This document shows positions 1 to 8,472 of a stretch of 64,000 bases of DNA, in pieces (within the stretch, counting starts at the first letter, position 1; each line of letters begins with the position of its first letter). Source of the DNA: an uncultured Gemmatimonadales bacterium (lineage in GTDB: Bacteria > Gemmatimonadota > Gemmatimonadetes > Gemmatimonadales > GWC2-71-9); contig CAVWRM010000001.1 of NCBI GenBank assembly GCA_963757525.1, positions 1,463,125 through 1,527,124 on the forward strand, in the 5' to 3' direction. Below the pieces are notes generated by a model. It had not been told where the DNA came from. It saw only the letters and a list, made by a program, of their open reading frames with translations, and made no database searches. Made by a program: the position numbers and the translations under genes.

Positions 1-3
1 CCA

Positions 4-351
4 TCAGCCCGGCGCCGGCGCGGCGGCGCGGAGTGCCCGCCCGGCGACGTCGACGAAGCGATGCCACGCGGAGCTGCCCGCCTGCAGCCGGGCGCGGCCG
101 GGGCGGGCCAGGCGGTAGTACTTGGCCTGCCGGTTGTTGTCGGAGACGCCCCACTCGGCGGTGATCCACCCGCGGCGCTCGAGCCGGTGGAGGGCGGGGT
201 AGAGCGTGCCCTCGCCGATCAGGAAGGCGGTATCGGTGGCCTGCGTGATCCATTCGACGACGGCGTAGCCGTGCCGCGGGCCCCAGCTCAGGGCCTTGAG
301 GATCAGGAGATCGAGGGTCCCGCGGAGGAGGTTGACGTCGAGGTCGTCCAT
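4..351 (-). CDS. PadR-family transcriptional regulator
   Basis: 115-aa track ORF with PadR winged-helix hallmarks (LLILKALSWGPRHGYAV, GTLYPALHRLERRGWI, AKYYRLA). Its TGA (4-6) overlaps an ATG (2-4, minus strand) of a gene running off the left edge. The same PadR-permease layout is seen at 61590-64000. Confidence 0.85.
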   Translation of the reverse strand: MDDLDVNLLRGTLDLLILKALSWGPRHGYAVVEWITQATDTAFLIGEGTLYPALHRLERRGWITAEWGVSDNNRQAKYYRLARPGRARLQAGSSAWHRFVDVAGRALRAAAPAPG

Positions 352-419
352 CGCCCGGTCTGGAGTAAGGTTCTTCGGAGTCTAGCACCCTCCCCTTGCC
401 ACGCAAGGGGTGCGCATCC

Positions 420-451
420 TTTCGCCCTTTCGCCCTTTCGCCCTTTCGGGC
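420..451. repeat. Tandem octamer array: TTTCGCCC x3 plus TTTCGGGC
   Basis: Read directly as tttcgccc tttcgccc tttcgccc tttcgggc, about 30 nt upstream of the kinase GTG at 484. The same octamer array recurs at 50408-50455 upstream of the closest paralogue. Confidence 0.9.
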
Positions 452-483
452 AGATTTCTGCCCGACCCTCACCCGGCACCACC

Positions 484-2883
484 GTGACCATCCCAACATC
501 CCTGGCCGACGCCCTGCGCGAGCGGTACGCGCTCGACCGCGAGCTCGGCCAGGGTGGCATGGCCACGGTGTACCTGGGACGGGACCTGCGGCACGACCGC
601 GCCGTCGCGATCAAGGTGCTCAAGCCCGAGTTGGCGGCCGCCATCGGGGCCGAACGGTTCCTCGCCGAGATCAAGACGACGGCCAATCTGCGGCACCCGC
701 ACATCCTGCCCCTCTACGACTCGGGTGAGGCGGCGGGCTTCCTCTATTACGTCATGCCCTTCGTGGACGGTGAATCGCTCCGCGACCGGCTCACCCGGCA
801 GAAACAGCTTCCCATCGACGAGGCGCTCGGCATCGCGCGTGAGGTGGCCGACGCGCTGGGCTATGCCCACGCCAGGGGCATCGTCCATCGCGACATCAAG
901 CCGGAGAACATCCTGCTCGAGGGCGGCCACGCCGTAGTGGCAGACTTCGGGATCGCCCGCGCGATGAGCGTCGCCGGCGGCGATCGGCTGACCCAGACCG
1001 GGACCACCCTCGGCACTCCGCTGTACATGAGCCCCGAGCAGGCCGCCGGCAGCGACGATCTCGACGGCCGGAGCGATCTCTACAGCCTCGGCTGCGTGCT
1101 GTACGAGATGCTCGGCGGACAGGCGCCGTTCACCGGGCCCACGGCCGAAGCCGTGGTTCGCCAGCACGTGCTGACGGTCGCGGCGCCCATCACCAACCTG
1201 CGCCCGACGGTTCCGCCCGACGTCGCCGGCGCGCTCGCGCGGTCGCTGGCGAAGAATCCGGCGGACCGGTTCAACCCCGCCGCGCAGTTCGTCCAGGCCC
1301 TCTCGGGCACCGGCCTCGCCACGACGCGTGCGACGCCCGGCCCACCCGTGCCGCCCGCGACGGCCGTGCCGCCCGCGCCGCCCCCGCCGGGTACGCGGCG
1401 AAAGTGGCTGACCCTCGCAATCGGCCTGGTCCTCGTGCTCGGCGTGGCGGGGTTCCTGGCGGCACGATGGAAGGGCTCGCGCGCTGCCGGCGCCATCCGA
1501 TCGATCGCCGTGCTCCCGCTCGACAACTATTCGGCCGATTCCACCCAGGACTACTTCGCCGAAGGCATGACCGACGAGCTGACGACGGATCTGGCGACCA
1601 TCAGCCGGCTCCGGGTGACGTCGCGCGGATCGGCGATGCAGTTCAAGGGGAAGAACCGTCCCTCGACGCCCGAGATCGCGAAGGCGCTCGACGTCGATGC
1701 GATCCTGGAAGGCTCGGTCAGCCGCTCCGGCGACCGGGTGCGGATCACCGCCCAGCTCATCGACGCGCGGGCGGACCGGCACCTCTGGGCCAAGAGCTTC
1801 GAGCGCAGCTCGAGCGATGTCCTCGCGCTGCAGGCGGAGCTCGCCTCGGCCATCGCCGAGGAGATCGATGTCCAGCTCACGCCGAGCGAGCGGACCCGTC
1901 TGTCCGAAGCGCCGAGCGTCGATCCCCAGGCGCACGACGCCTACCTCAAGGGCCGCTATTTCTTCAACCGTCCGAGCGACGCCAACCTGCGCCTGGCTAT
2001 CGCGCAGTTCGAGGAGGCGGTGCGGCTGAGTCCCACTTTCGCGCCGGCGCACGCGGGATTGTCCGACGCCTATCTCTGGGCCGGCTACAACGAGGGGTTC
2101 ATCACCGCGAGCGAGGCCAAGCCCAGAGCGAGGGCGGGCGCCGAGCGGGCGGTGGAGCTGGACAGCAGCTCGGCCGAGGCGCACACCTCCCTGGGCGTCT
2201 ACAGGGCCTGGCTGGAGCATGACTGGGAGGGAAGCCTGCGGGAGTTGCGCCGGGCCATCGCGCTCAATCCCAACTACGCCTTCGCGCACGATCAGTACGG
2301 CCAGGTGCTCAGCGTCGTCGGGCAGATGGACAGCTCGATCGCGGAGGGCAAGCGCGCGATCGAGCTCGACCCGCTCTCGCCGTCGATCTTGATCGACTGC
2401 GTCTTCACCCACATGTACCTGCGGGACACGGCGCGGGTGAGGGAGCTGATCACGAGGGCGGGCGAGCTCGATCCGACCTTTTATGCCGTTCCCACGATGG
2501 ATGGCTGGATGGACCTCGAGATTGGGCGGTACCGTGCGGCGGTTCCCAAGCTGGAGCGTGCGGCGAAGATGGAGGCGCCGCCCTTCGTGACGGCGATCCT
2601 GGGTTATGCCTTCGGCGCGTCAGGCGACCGGGCCCGAGCGCAGGCTACGCTGAAGGATCTCGAGAAGATTTCGCCCAGGGGCCAGGTTGCGCCGTTCAAT
2701 GCGGGAATGATCCGCCTCGGCCTGGGCGACAAGGAGCAGGCGATCGCGGATTTCGAGCGGGCCTACGCCGCCGATTCGGAGTTCCTGTTCTGGCTCGTGC
2801 AGGATCACCTGTTCGATCCGCTGCGGTCGATGCCGCGGTTCGTCGCGCTGATGAAGAAGCTCAACTCTCCAGCAGCTTCTTGA
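484..2883 (+). CDS. Ser/Thr protein kinase with a TM segment, a periplasmic module and a TPR-like C-terminus
   Basis: Track ORF 61..2883 trimmed to GTG 484 by alignment with paralogues (N-termini ..L..AL..RY..RELG.GGMATVYL). Hanks motifs present: GQGGMATVY, AIKVL, HRDIKPENIL, DFG, GTPLYMSPEQ. TM helix LTLAIGLVLVLGVAGFLAA, then IAVLPLDNYS... and TPR-like repeats. Confidence 0.9.
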   Translation: MTIPTSLADALRERYALDRELGQGGMATVYLGRDLRHDRAVAIKVLKPELAAAIGAERFLAEIKTTANLRHPHILPLYDSGEAAGFLYYVMPFVDGESLRDRLTRQKQLPIDEALGIAREVADALGYAHARGIVHRDIKPENILLEGGHAVVADFGIARAMSVAGGDRLTQTGTTLGTPLYMSPEQAAGSDDLDGRSDLYSLGCVLYEMLGGQAPFTGPTAEAVVRQHVLTVAAPITNLRPTVPPDVAGALARSLAKNPADRFNPAAQFVQALSGTGLATTRATPGPPVPPATAVPPAPPPPGTRRKWLTLAIGLVLVLGVAGFLAARWKGSRAAGAIRSIAVLPLDNYSADSTQDYFAEGMTDELTTDLATISRLRVTSRGSAMQFKGKNRPSTPEIAKALDVDAILEGSVSRSGDRVRITAQLIDARADRHLWAKSFERSSSDVLALQAELASAIAEEIDVQLTPSERTRLSEAPSVDPQAHDAYLKGRYFFNRPSDANLRLAIAQFEEAVRLSPTFAPAHAGLSDAYLWAGYNEGFITASEAKPRARAGAERAVELDSSSAEAHTSLGVYRAWLEHDWEGSLRELRRAIALNPNYAFAHDQYGQVLSVVGQMDSSIAEGKRAIELDPLSPSILIDCVFTHMYLRDTARVRELITRAGELDPTFYAVPTMDGWMDLEIGRYRAAVPKLERAAKMEAPPFVTAILGYAFGASGDRARAQATLKDLEKISPRGQVAPFNAGMIRLGLGDKEQAIADFERAYAADSEFLFWLVQDHLFDPLRSMPRFVALMKKLNSPAAS
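2854..2881. terminator. Inverted repeat (AAGAAGCT-N12-AGCTTCTT) spanning the overlapping stops of two convergent kinase genes; possible bidirectional terminator hairpin
   Basis: Arms at 2854-2861 and 2874-2881 are exact reverse complements. There is no T-run, so a terminator role is only inferred. Confidence 0.3.
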
Positions 2884-5552
2884 ATCGCGGATTGTTCCGC
2901 AGCGGATCGTACGTGGGATCCAGCTTGAGCCACCCGGGCGCGAGGTGGTACGGGATCTTGAGCAACGGCTCCAGCTGGTCGAGCGCCTTCTCCGGCTCGC
3001 CCGCCAGGATGTATGTCCGCACCAGCTGGAGCTGCATGTAGGGACCGCCGAACGCGTCCTTGGAGATCGGATTCAGCTCGACGCCCTTGAGCGCCTCGCG
3101 GATGGCCTCGTCCTTCTTGCCGAGGTAGCCGAGCGACACGCCTCTGAGCGCGTGGAGCTGCGGGTCGTTCGGCGTCGCCCGCAACTGCTCCGCGAACGCC
3201 ATCTGCGCTGAGTCGGCGTAGGCCCGGGCGTGAAGCTGGTCGCCGCGGAGTGCATAGGTCTGGGCCAGCACGAACGCCCAACCGGCTCGATTGTTGTCGA
3301 ACTGCCGGGGCGTCAGCCGGAGCACCAGCCGCTGCTGCTCGTCGTTCAGGATCCAGTACAGATCGTCGTAGGTCGCGAAGAAGGCCGCCAGGGCCGTGGG
3401 CTCGACCTCGGTCGGCACCGCTCGCAGGGTGGCCTGTGCTCCCGCGAGATCGCCCTGCATGAGATAGATCGAGGCCTTGTTCTGGACCACGATCAGGTTG
3501 GTGGGGGCGAGCGCGATTGCCCGGTTGGCCACCGTGAGCGCTTCGGGAAAGTGCCGTCGCCACGATAGCACCCGCGCGAGCCTGCGCGCAGTCTGGGCAG
3601 AGTTGGGATCCAGCACCAGTGCCCGGCGATAGTGCTCCTCGGCTGCGTCCCACCGGCCGAAGCCTTCCTCGACGAAGGCCTCCGCCGAGACCAGGGCGGC
3701 GTTGTTGGGCGTGAGATGCACGCCCTCCGTGTACTGCTCCAGCGCGCGCTCCAGACTTCCGCCCGCGGTCTCGTAATACTTGCCCATCGCCAGCCTTGCT
3801 TCCGGGCTCTCCGGTGCGAGCGCGGTGACCCGCTCGGCCGCCGCCAACGCGGCCCGCGCATCCTCAGGTGTGGGCTCGCTCAGACCGTAGAGCAGCGAGT
3901 GGGTCTGGGAGAGCTGGGCCCACGCCAGAGTGAACGTGGAGTCGAGCGCCACCGCCTGCTCGTAGTAGCTCAGCGCGCGCCGGAGCAGCGTCGGGTCGAT
4001 GACCGCCAAACCGTTCGAGATCTCCTCTCCTTTGAGGAAAGCGTCGTACGCCGCCAGGTTCTTGGTCGGCGGGGCCTCCAGCGCCTTGCGCTCGGCCGAG
4101 CCCAGCGCCGCGCCCAGTGCCTGCGCCACCCGGGTGGCGACATCGGCCTGCACCTGGAACACGTCGGTGAGCGAGGCGTCGAATGGCGCCTGCCACCGGG
4201 TCTTGGGAGTCCCGCCGGGTGAGACCTCGACCAGCTCGGGGCTCACCAGCACTCGGCTCGCCCCGCCGGCGCCCTTTTCCCATCTGACCGTGCCGGTGAG
4301 CAGATAGCGCGCGCCCAGCTCGCGTGCGATCTGCTCGGCTGACTTGGTGGCCTTCTTGTAGGGCTCGGAGCTGCTTCGGGCGATCACCTGCACGCTCGGG
4401 ATCGCGGCGAGCTTTCCTCGTACCGCGTCGGTTACGCCATCGGCGAAGTACTCGTCCTCGCTCGGTCCCAGGTTCTCGAACGGCAGAACGGCCAGCACGC
4501 TGGATCCGTCGGTCGTCGGCGGCACCGGCGCTGCCATGCTTCCAGGCGAACAGCACACCCAGCCCGATCAGGAGTCCCGTGACCAGCGCCGCGGCCGCGA
4601 GCGGGAACCGCCGGCCGTGCGGACCAGGCTGTGATTGAGAAGCGGCACGGGATGTCGGCACCGTCGCCTGGGCGACGGTGGCTGCCGATGTCGTGCTGAA
4701 AGGGGCAATCTGCAGCGCCTGGGCGAACTGGGCGACGGTCGCGAACCTGTCGGCGGCGACCTGCGCCAGCGCTTGCCGGATCGCGTGGTCCACCGACTCC
4801 GGCACGCTCGGCCGGGTCGAGCGAACGCTCGGCGGCGGCTCGGTGAGCCGCTTCACGATCAGCGCCTGAATGGTGGCGCCGGTGTAGGGCGCTTCGCCGG
4901 CAAGCATCTCGTAGAGCACCGCGCCGAGACTATAGAGGTCGGTCCGGGCGTCGAGTCCCTTGTCCCCGCTGGCCTGCTCCGGGCTCATGTAGGCCGGGGT
5001 GCCGACCACGAGTCCGGTCTCCGTGAGCCGCGATTCCTCCGCTCCGGCGCCGAGCGCCCGCGCCACGCCGAAGTCGGCCACCAGGGTATTGCCGTCCCGG
5101 GTGAGCAGCAGATTCTCCGGCTTGATGTCCCGGTGAATCACCCCTTGATCGTGCGCGTACTGCAGCGCCTGCGCCGCCTCTCGCGCGATGCGGATGGCGT
5201 CCTCGACGGGGAGCTGGCGCTCGCGTTGCAGCCGGGCGCGAAGCGACTCGCCATGGACGAACGGCATGGTGAACCAGAGGAGGGTCGCCGCTGGCGAGGC
5301 GACTTCGCCTGAATCCAGCACCGTGAGGATGTGAGGATGCTGCAGTCGCGCGGCCACGCGGATCTCGCGCTGGAACCGCTCCGCACCGAGCATTTGCCCC
5401 AGCTCCGGATGCAGGACCTTGAGGGCGACGGGGCGATCGTACTTCAGGTCGTGCGCGAGATAGACAGTGGCCATCCCCCCGCGCCCGAGCTCGCGCTCGA
5501 GCGTGTATCTGCCGCTCAGCCCGCCTTGAAGCTCTGCCAGCAGGTCGGCCAT
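2861..5552 (-). pseudogene. Ser/Thr protein kinase (kinase-TM-periplasmic/TPR architecture) split by one frameshift
   Basis: Track ORF 3864..5552 carries the kinase domain (GRGGMATVYLAHDL, HRDIKPENLL, DFG, GTPAYMSPEQ) and the TM helix (LAAAALVTGLLIGLGVLFAW), then turns into Arg/Gly-rich noise. Track ORF 2861..4558, in another frame, continues with VLAVLPFENLGPSEDEYFADGVTD... This is colinear with the single-ORF paralogue 8473..11319 (ILAVLPFENLGDSADAYFAAGVSD...). The frame switch lies within about 4512-4548. Confidence 0.75.
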
Positions 5553-5823
5553 TGGGCCTGGGAAAGGAGTAGAGGCTGGAAATCGACCCCTCTATGATAC
5601 TTCTCCCCAGGGCGACGGGCCACGTTCAACCTGTTCCCATCAATGGCGAACCCCCCTCAGGTCTTCGCAACCTCGGTCACGATCGAGTCCGGGTACACCT
5701 TCGCCGCCGTGAGCTTGGCGATGAAGCGCCGTTAGGGATCGTACATCCAGGTCGAATAGATTGGTTGCGACCCCCACCGCGCGAGGCCCCGTGTACAAGA
5801 CCAAGCCCTGCTTCCCCTGCGTC

Positions 5824-6513
5824 ATGCCGTCCGACGCGCGCCTCAACGTGCTGGCCCTGAACGCGTCGCTCAAGCACGACCCCGACCTGTCCAACACCGG
5901 GGAGCTGGCCTCGATGGTGCTCGACGAGATCCGCGCGCTCGCCCCGGCCGACGCGACGGTCGTCCGTCTGTCGGATGCAAAGCTTCCGGTGGGTCTCAGG
6001 TTTCAGGAGGCGCCGGAGGATGACTGGCCGGGCCTGGTGACGCGGATCAAGGCCGCGGACATCGTGCTCTTCTGCACGCCGATCTGGTGGGGCGGGCGGT
6101 CCAGCCTCATGCAGCGGGTGATCGAGCGGCTCGACGCGCTGGACGAGGAGTACAGCGCCAGCGGCCGCAGCGCGATCAAGGGCAAGGTGGCCGGCATCGT
6201 GATCACCGGCAGCGAGGATGGCGCGCTCAGCGTCATGGGCAGCATCATGATGGTGCTGAGCTGGATGGGCTTCACCCTGCCGCCCGAATGCACCGCGTAC
6301 TGGGTGGGCGAGGTGGGCCAGCCCACCTCCCAGGATACCGACAAGCGCCGGAAGAACATGGCCACGATGCACATGGCCAAGAATCTGGCGCAGAACCTGG
6401 TCTACCACTCGAGGCTGCTGAAGGCGCACCCGCAGACGCCGATCGGCGGCAAGGCGACCTGCTGTGCGATGCATGCGGGGCTCGAGGCGCCCGGTAGCCT
6501 GAGCCATGCTTGA
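5824..6513 (+). CDS. NAD(P)H-dependent FMN reductase / flavodoxin-like fold oxidoreductase
   Basis: Track ORF 5761..6513 trimmed to ATG 5824 (MPSDARLNVLALNASLK). Family-like segments: IVLFCTPIWWGGRSSLMQRVIERLD and GKVAGIVITGSEDG. Confidence 0.65.
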   Translation: MPSDARLNVLALNASLKHDPDLSNTGELASMVLDEIRALAPADATVVRLSDAKLPVGLRFQEAPEDDWPGLVTRIKAADIVLFCTPIWWGGRSSLMQRVIERLDALDEEYSASGRSAIKGKVAGIVITGSEDGALSVMGSIMMVLSWMGFTLPPECTAYWVGEVGQPTSQDTDKRRKNMATMHMAKNLAQNLVYHSRLLKAHPQTPIGGKATCCAMHAGLEAPGSLSHA

Positions 6514-7423
6514 CCGCCTCCGTCCCCGGCCACTTTCGGCCAGCAGCTCGAAAGGGCAAGCTCACGTGCGAGTAGCAGTCGTGGTCGCGCTCCTCGTTGC
6601 GGCTGTCCAGCCATCCGCCGCTCAGATACCTCGTGCGGTCAGCGAGGATCCGGTCCCGGATAGCATCCACCCGGCGCGGATGGAGGTGCTTCATATCCCG
6701 TCCGGCGGCGTCAAGATTAACGGAGTCGCCTATTTGGCACCGGGGGCGGGCACCCATCCAACGGTCATTCTGCTCCACGGGCTTCCCGGGAACGAGAAGA
6801 ATCTGGATCTCGCGCAGGCGATCCGCCGGGCCGGGTGGAATGCCATCACGTTCAACTATCGAGGCTCCTGGGGGAGTCCGGGGAAGTTCCGCTTCGACGG
6901 CAATCTCGAGGACGCGGACGCTGTTCTCGCGTTCGTGCGGGACAGCGCGACGGCGCAGAGGCTCGGGATCGATCGGAGCCGGCTGGTGCTGGCGGGGCAC
7001 AGCATGGGTGGGTGGGTGACGGCACTGACCGCCGCACACCATCCCGAGCTCCGCGGCGCCATCCTTCTGTCCGCCGCCGACATGGGTCGCGACGGGCGGA
7101 TGCCGAGGGACTCGCTCATTCAGGAGATGGCGGACGACATGGAGTCGCTGGCCGGCGTCACGGCGCAGAGCATGGCAGATGAGCTGATCGCGGGGAACGG
7201 CCGATGGGGGTTCGAGAAAGCCGCCGAGGGTCTCGCCCACATGCCCTTGCTGGTGCTCACGTCCGACGACGGCCTCGCGGCAGATACGGAACCGCTGGTC
7301 GCCAAGGCACGCGCGCGGGGCAATACCCGGATCACCACGGTTCACGAGGCGACGGACCACGCGTGGTCGGACAAGCGGATCGCGCTCGAGAGCGCCGTCC
7401 TGTCGTGGCTTTCGAAATTGTAA
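6506..7423 (+). CDS. Secreted alpha/beta hydrolase
   Basis: HGLPGN oxyanion-type motif, GHSMGG nucleophile elbow, and a hydrophobic signal-like segment (VAVVVALLVAAVQPSAAQ). The start may instead be GTG 6566. Confidence 0.75.
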   Translation: MLDRLRPRPLSASSSKGQAHVRVAVVVALLVAAVQPSAAQIPRAVSEDPVPDSIHPARMEVLHIPSGGVKINGVAYLAPGAGTHPTVILLHGLPGNEKNLDLAQAIRRAGWNAITFNYRGSWGSPGKFRFDGNLEDADAVLAFVRDSATAQRLGIDRSRLVLAGHSMGGWVTALTAAHHPELRGAILLSAADMGRDGRMPRDSLIQEMADDMESLAGVTAQSMADELIAGNGRWGFEKAAEGLAHMPLLVLTSDDGLAADTEPLVAKARARGNTRITTVHEATDHAWSDKRIALESAVLSWLSKL

Positions 7424-7439
7424 AACCTCCGGATCAGGA

Positions 7440-8318
7440 CTACTTCCGCTCCATCTCCGCCACCCAGACGTCGGCCTTGCGGTCGCTGAGCGTGAAGTAG
7501 AACCGGTCGCTGGAGGCCGCGAATCCGATCCGATGCACCTGCCGATCGGGGGCGTCGGCGTACGCCAGGGTTCTCGAGGTCCCGCCATGCGCCGGGGTCG
7601 AGTGGATCGCGAATCTCCCTTCCTCGTTGGCTCCCCAATAAATCGTCTTGCCATCCTTGGACCACGCGGGCCAGACCGAATTGGCGGGCGTGGGCGCAAC
7701 CAACCGCTCGCGCCCGATGACCGGATCGATAACGCGCACTCCCGAGTCACGGGAGAAAGCCACCGATCGACCATCGGGAGACCATGCCGCATACACCGCG
7801 GAGCCTTTGGCCAGGAGCAGCTTCGGCTGCTCCCATGTCTCGCCGACCCGTCTCGCGATCCACAGCGCGGAGTCGCTTCGGGTCGGCCGGACGAAGGTGA
7901 GCGTCAGCCCATCGGCCGCCAGGCGCGGGTTCCAGTCGTGCTGCGGGCTCTTCGTGACCTGTATCGGGGTTCCGCCCGACGAGGGGATGACGAACACGTC
8001 TCTGTTGCCGGAACGGAACGAGTGGAAGGCCACCTCGTTCCCGTCCGCCGAAACCAACGGACTGAATTCCGGCGCCGGGTCCGTGGTGACTTGCTCCGCC
8101 GGGCCCGCCGCGGTGCCGCCGGCCAACGGAACACCCCAGATGTCGGAGTTACCCCTGAGATCCGAGTCGTAGTAGAGCCATCGCCCGTCGGCCGAGACGG
8201 TCGAGGACGAGCGGAGGAACGGAAGGATCGGGCTGCCAGACGACTCTCGGCCAGCAGCTTGCGACGTTCGTCGGACGGGGCGCCAGGCTCGATCATCCCT
8301 GCGCCTCTGCTTGACCAC
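7440..8318 (-). CDS. TolB-like WD40 beta-propeller repeat protein, probably a 5'-truncated paralogue fragment
   Basis: Repeats of the (S/W)SPDG..(V/I)AF type. It is colinear with only the last ~280 aa of the kinase-propeller protein at 50475..53099 (DGRWLYYDSDLRGNSDIW vs DGHWVYYDSDVSGNMDLY). The N-terminus has no signal peptide, TM segment or kinase domain. Confidence 0.55.
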   Translation of the reverse strand: MVKQRRRDDRAWRPVRRTSQAAGRESSGSPILPFLRSSSTVSADGRWLYYDSDLRGNSDIWGVPLAGGTAAGPAEQVTTDPAPEFSPLVSADGNEVAFHSFRSGNRDVFVIPSSGGTPIQVTKSPQHDWNPRLAADGLTLTFVRPTRSDSALWIARRVGETWEQPKLLLAKGSAVYAAWSPDGRSVAFSRDSGVRVIDPVIGRERLVAPTPANSVWPAWSKDGKTIYWGANEEGRFAIHSTPAHGGTSRTLAYADAPDRQVHRIGFAASSDRFYFTLSDRKADVWVAEMERK

Positions 8319-8472
8319 CGTCGTCCCGACCCCTATGCTCCCTCCTTCCGCCGGACTCTATACCCAACCGAGCTGGCTATGGCGACGCCGGACCAAGGTG
8401 TAACCCGTCTGCTCCGGGCCTGGGCATGGGCGTGGCTCAGTTGCAAGCTCGCGGGCTAGCCTAAGACCAACC

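Noticed and set aside
469-2412. 647-aa ORF antisense to the kinase at 484-2883. The same kind of long antisense or alternative-frame ORFs occur at 8620-11382, 13336-15639, 24860-26974, 27202-30222, 56572-57342 and 57573-59096.
   Set aside because: Arg/Gly/Pro/Ala-rich, low-complexity translations with no motifs. Each lies opposite a gene with strong family signatures. These are typical stop-poor shadow frames of high-GC DNA.
5657-5764. Minus-strand tail reading ..PIYSTWMYDP*RRFIAKLTAAKVYPDSIVTEVAKT* with gene-like G/C third positions.
   Set aside because: Only about 35 codons, interrupted by a TAA, with a further stop upstream and no start. It is too short to assign, though it may be the last trace of a lost gene.
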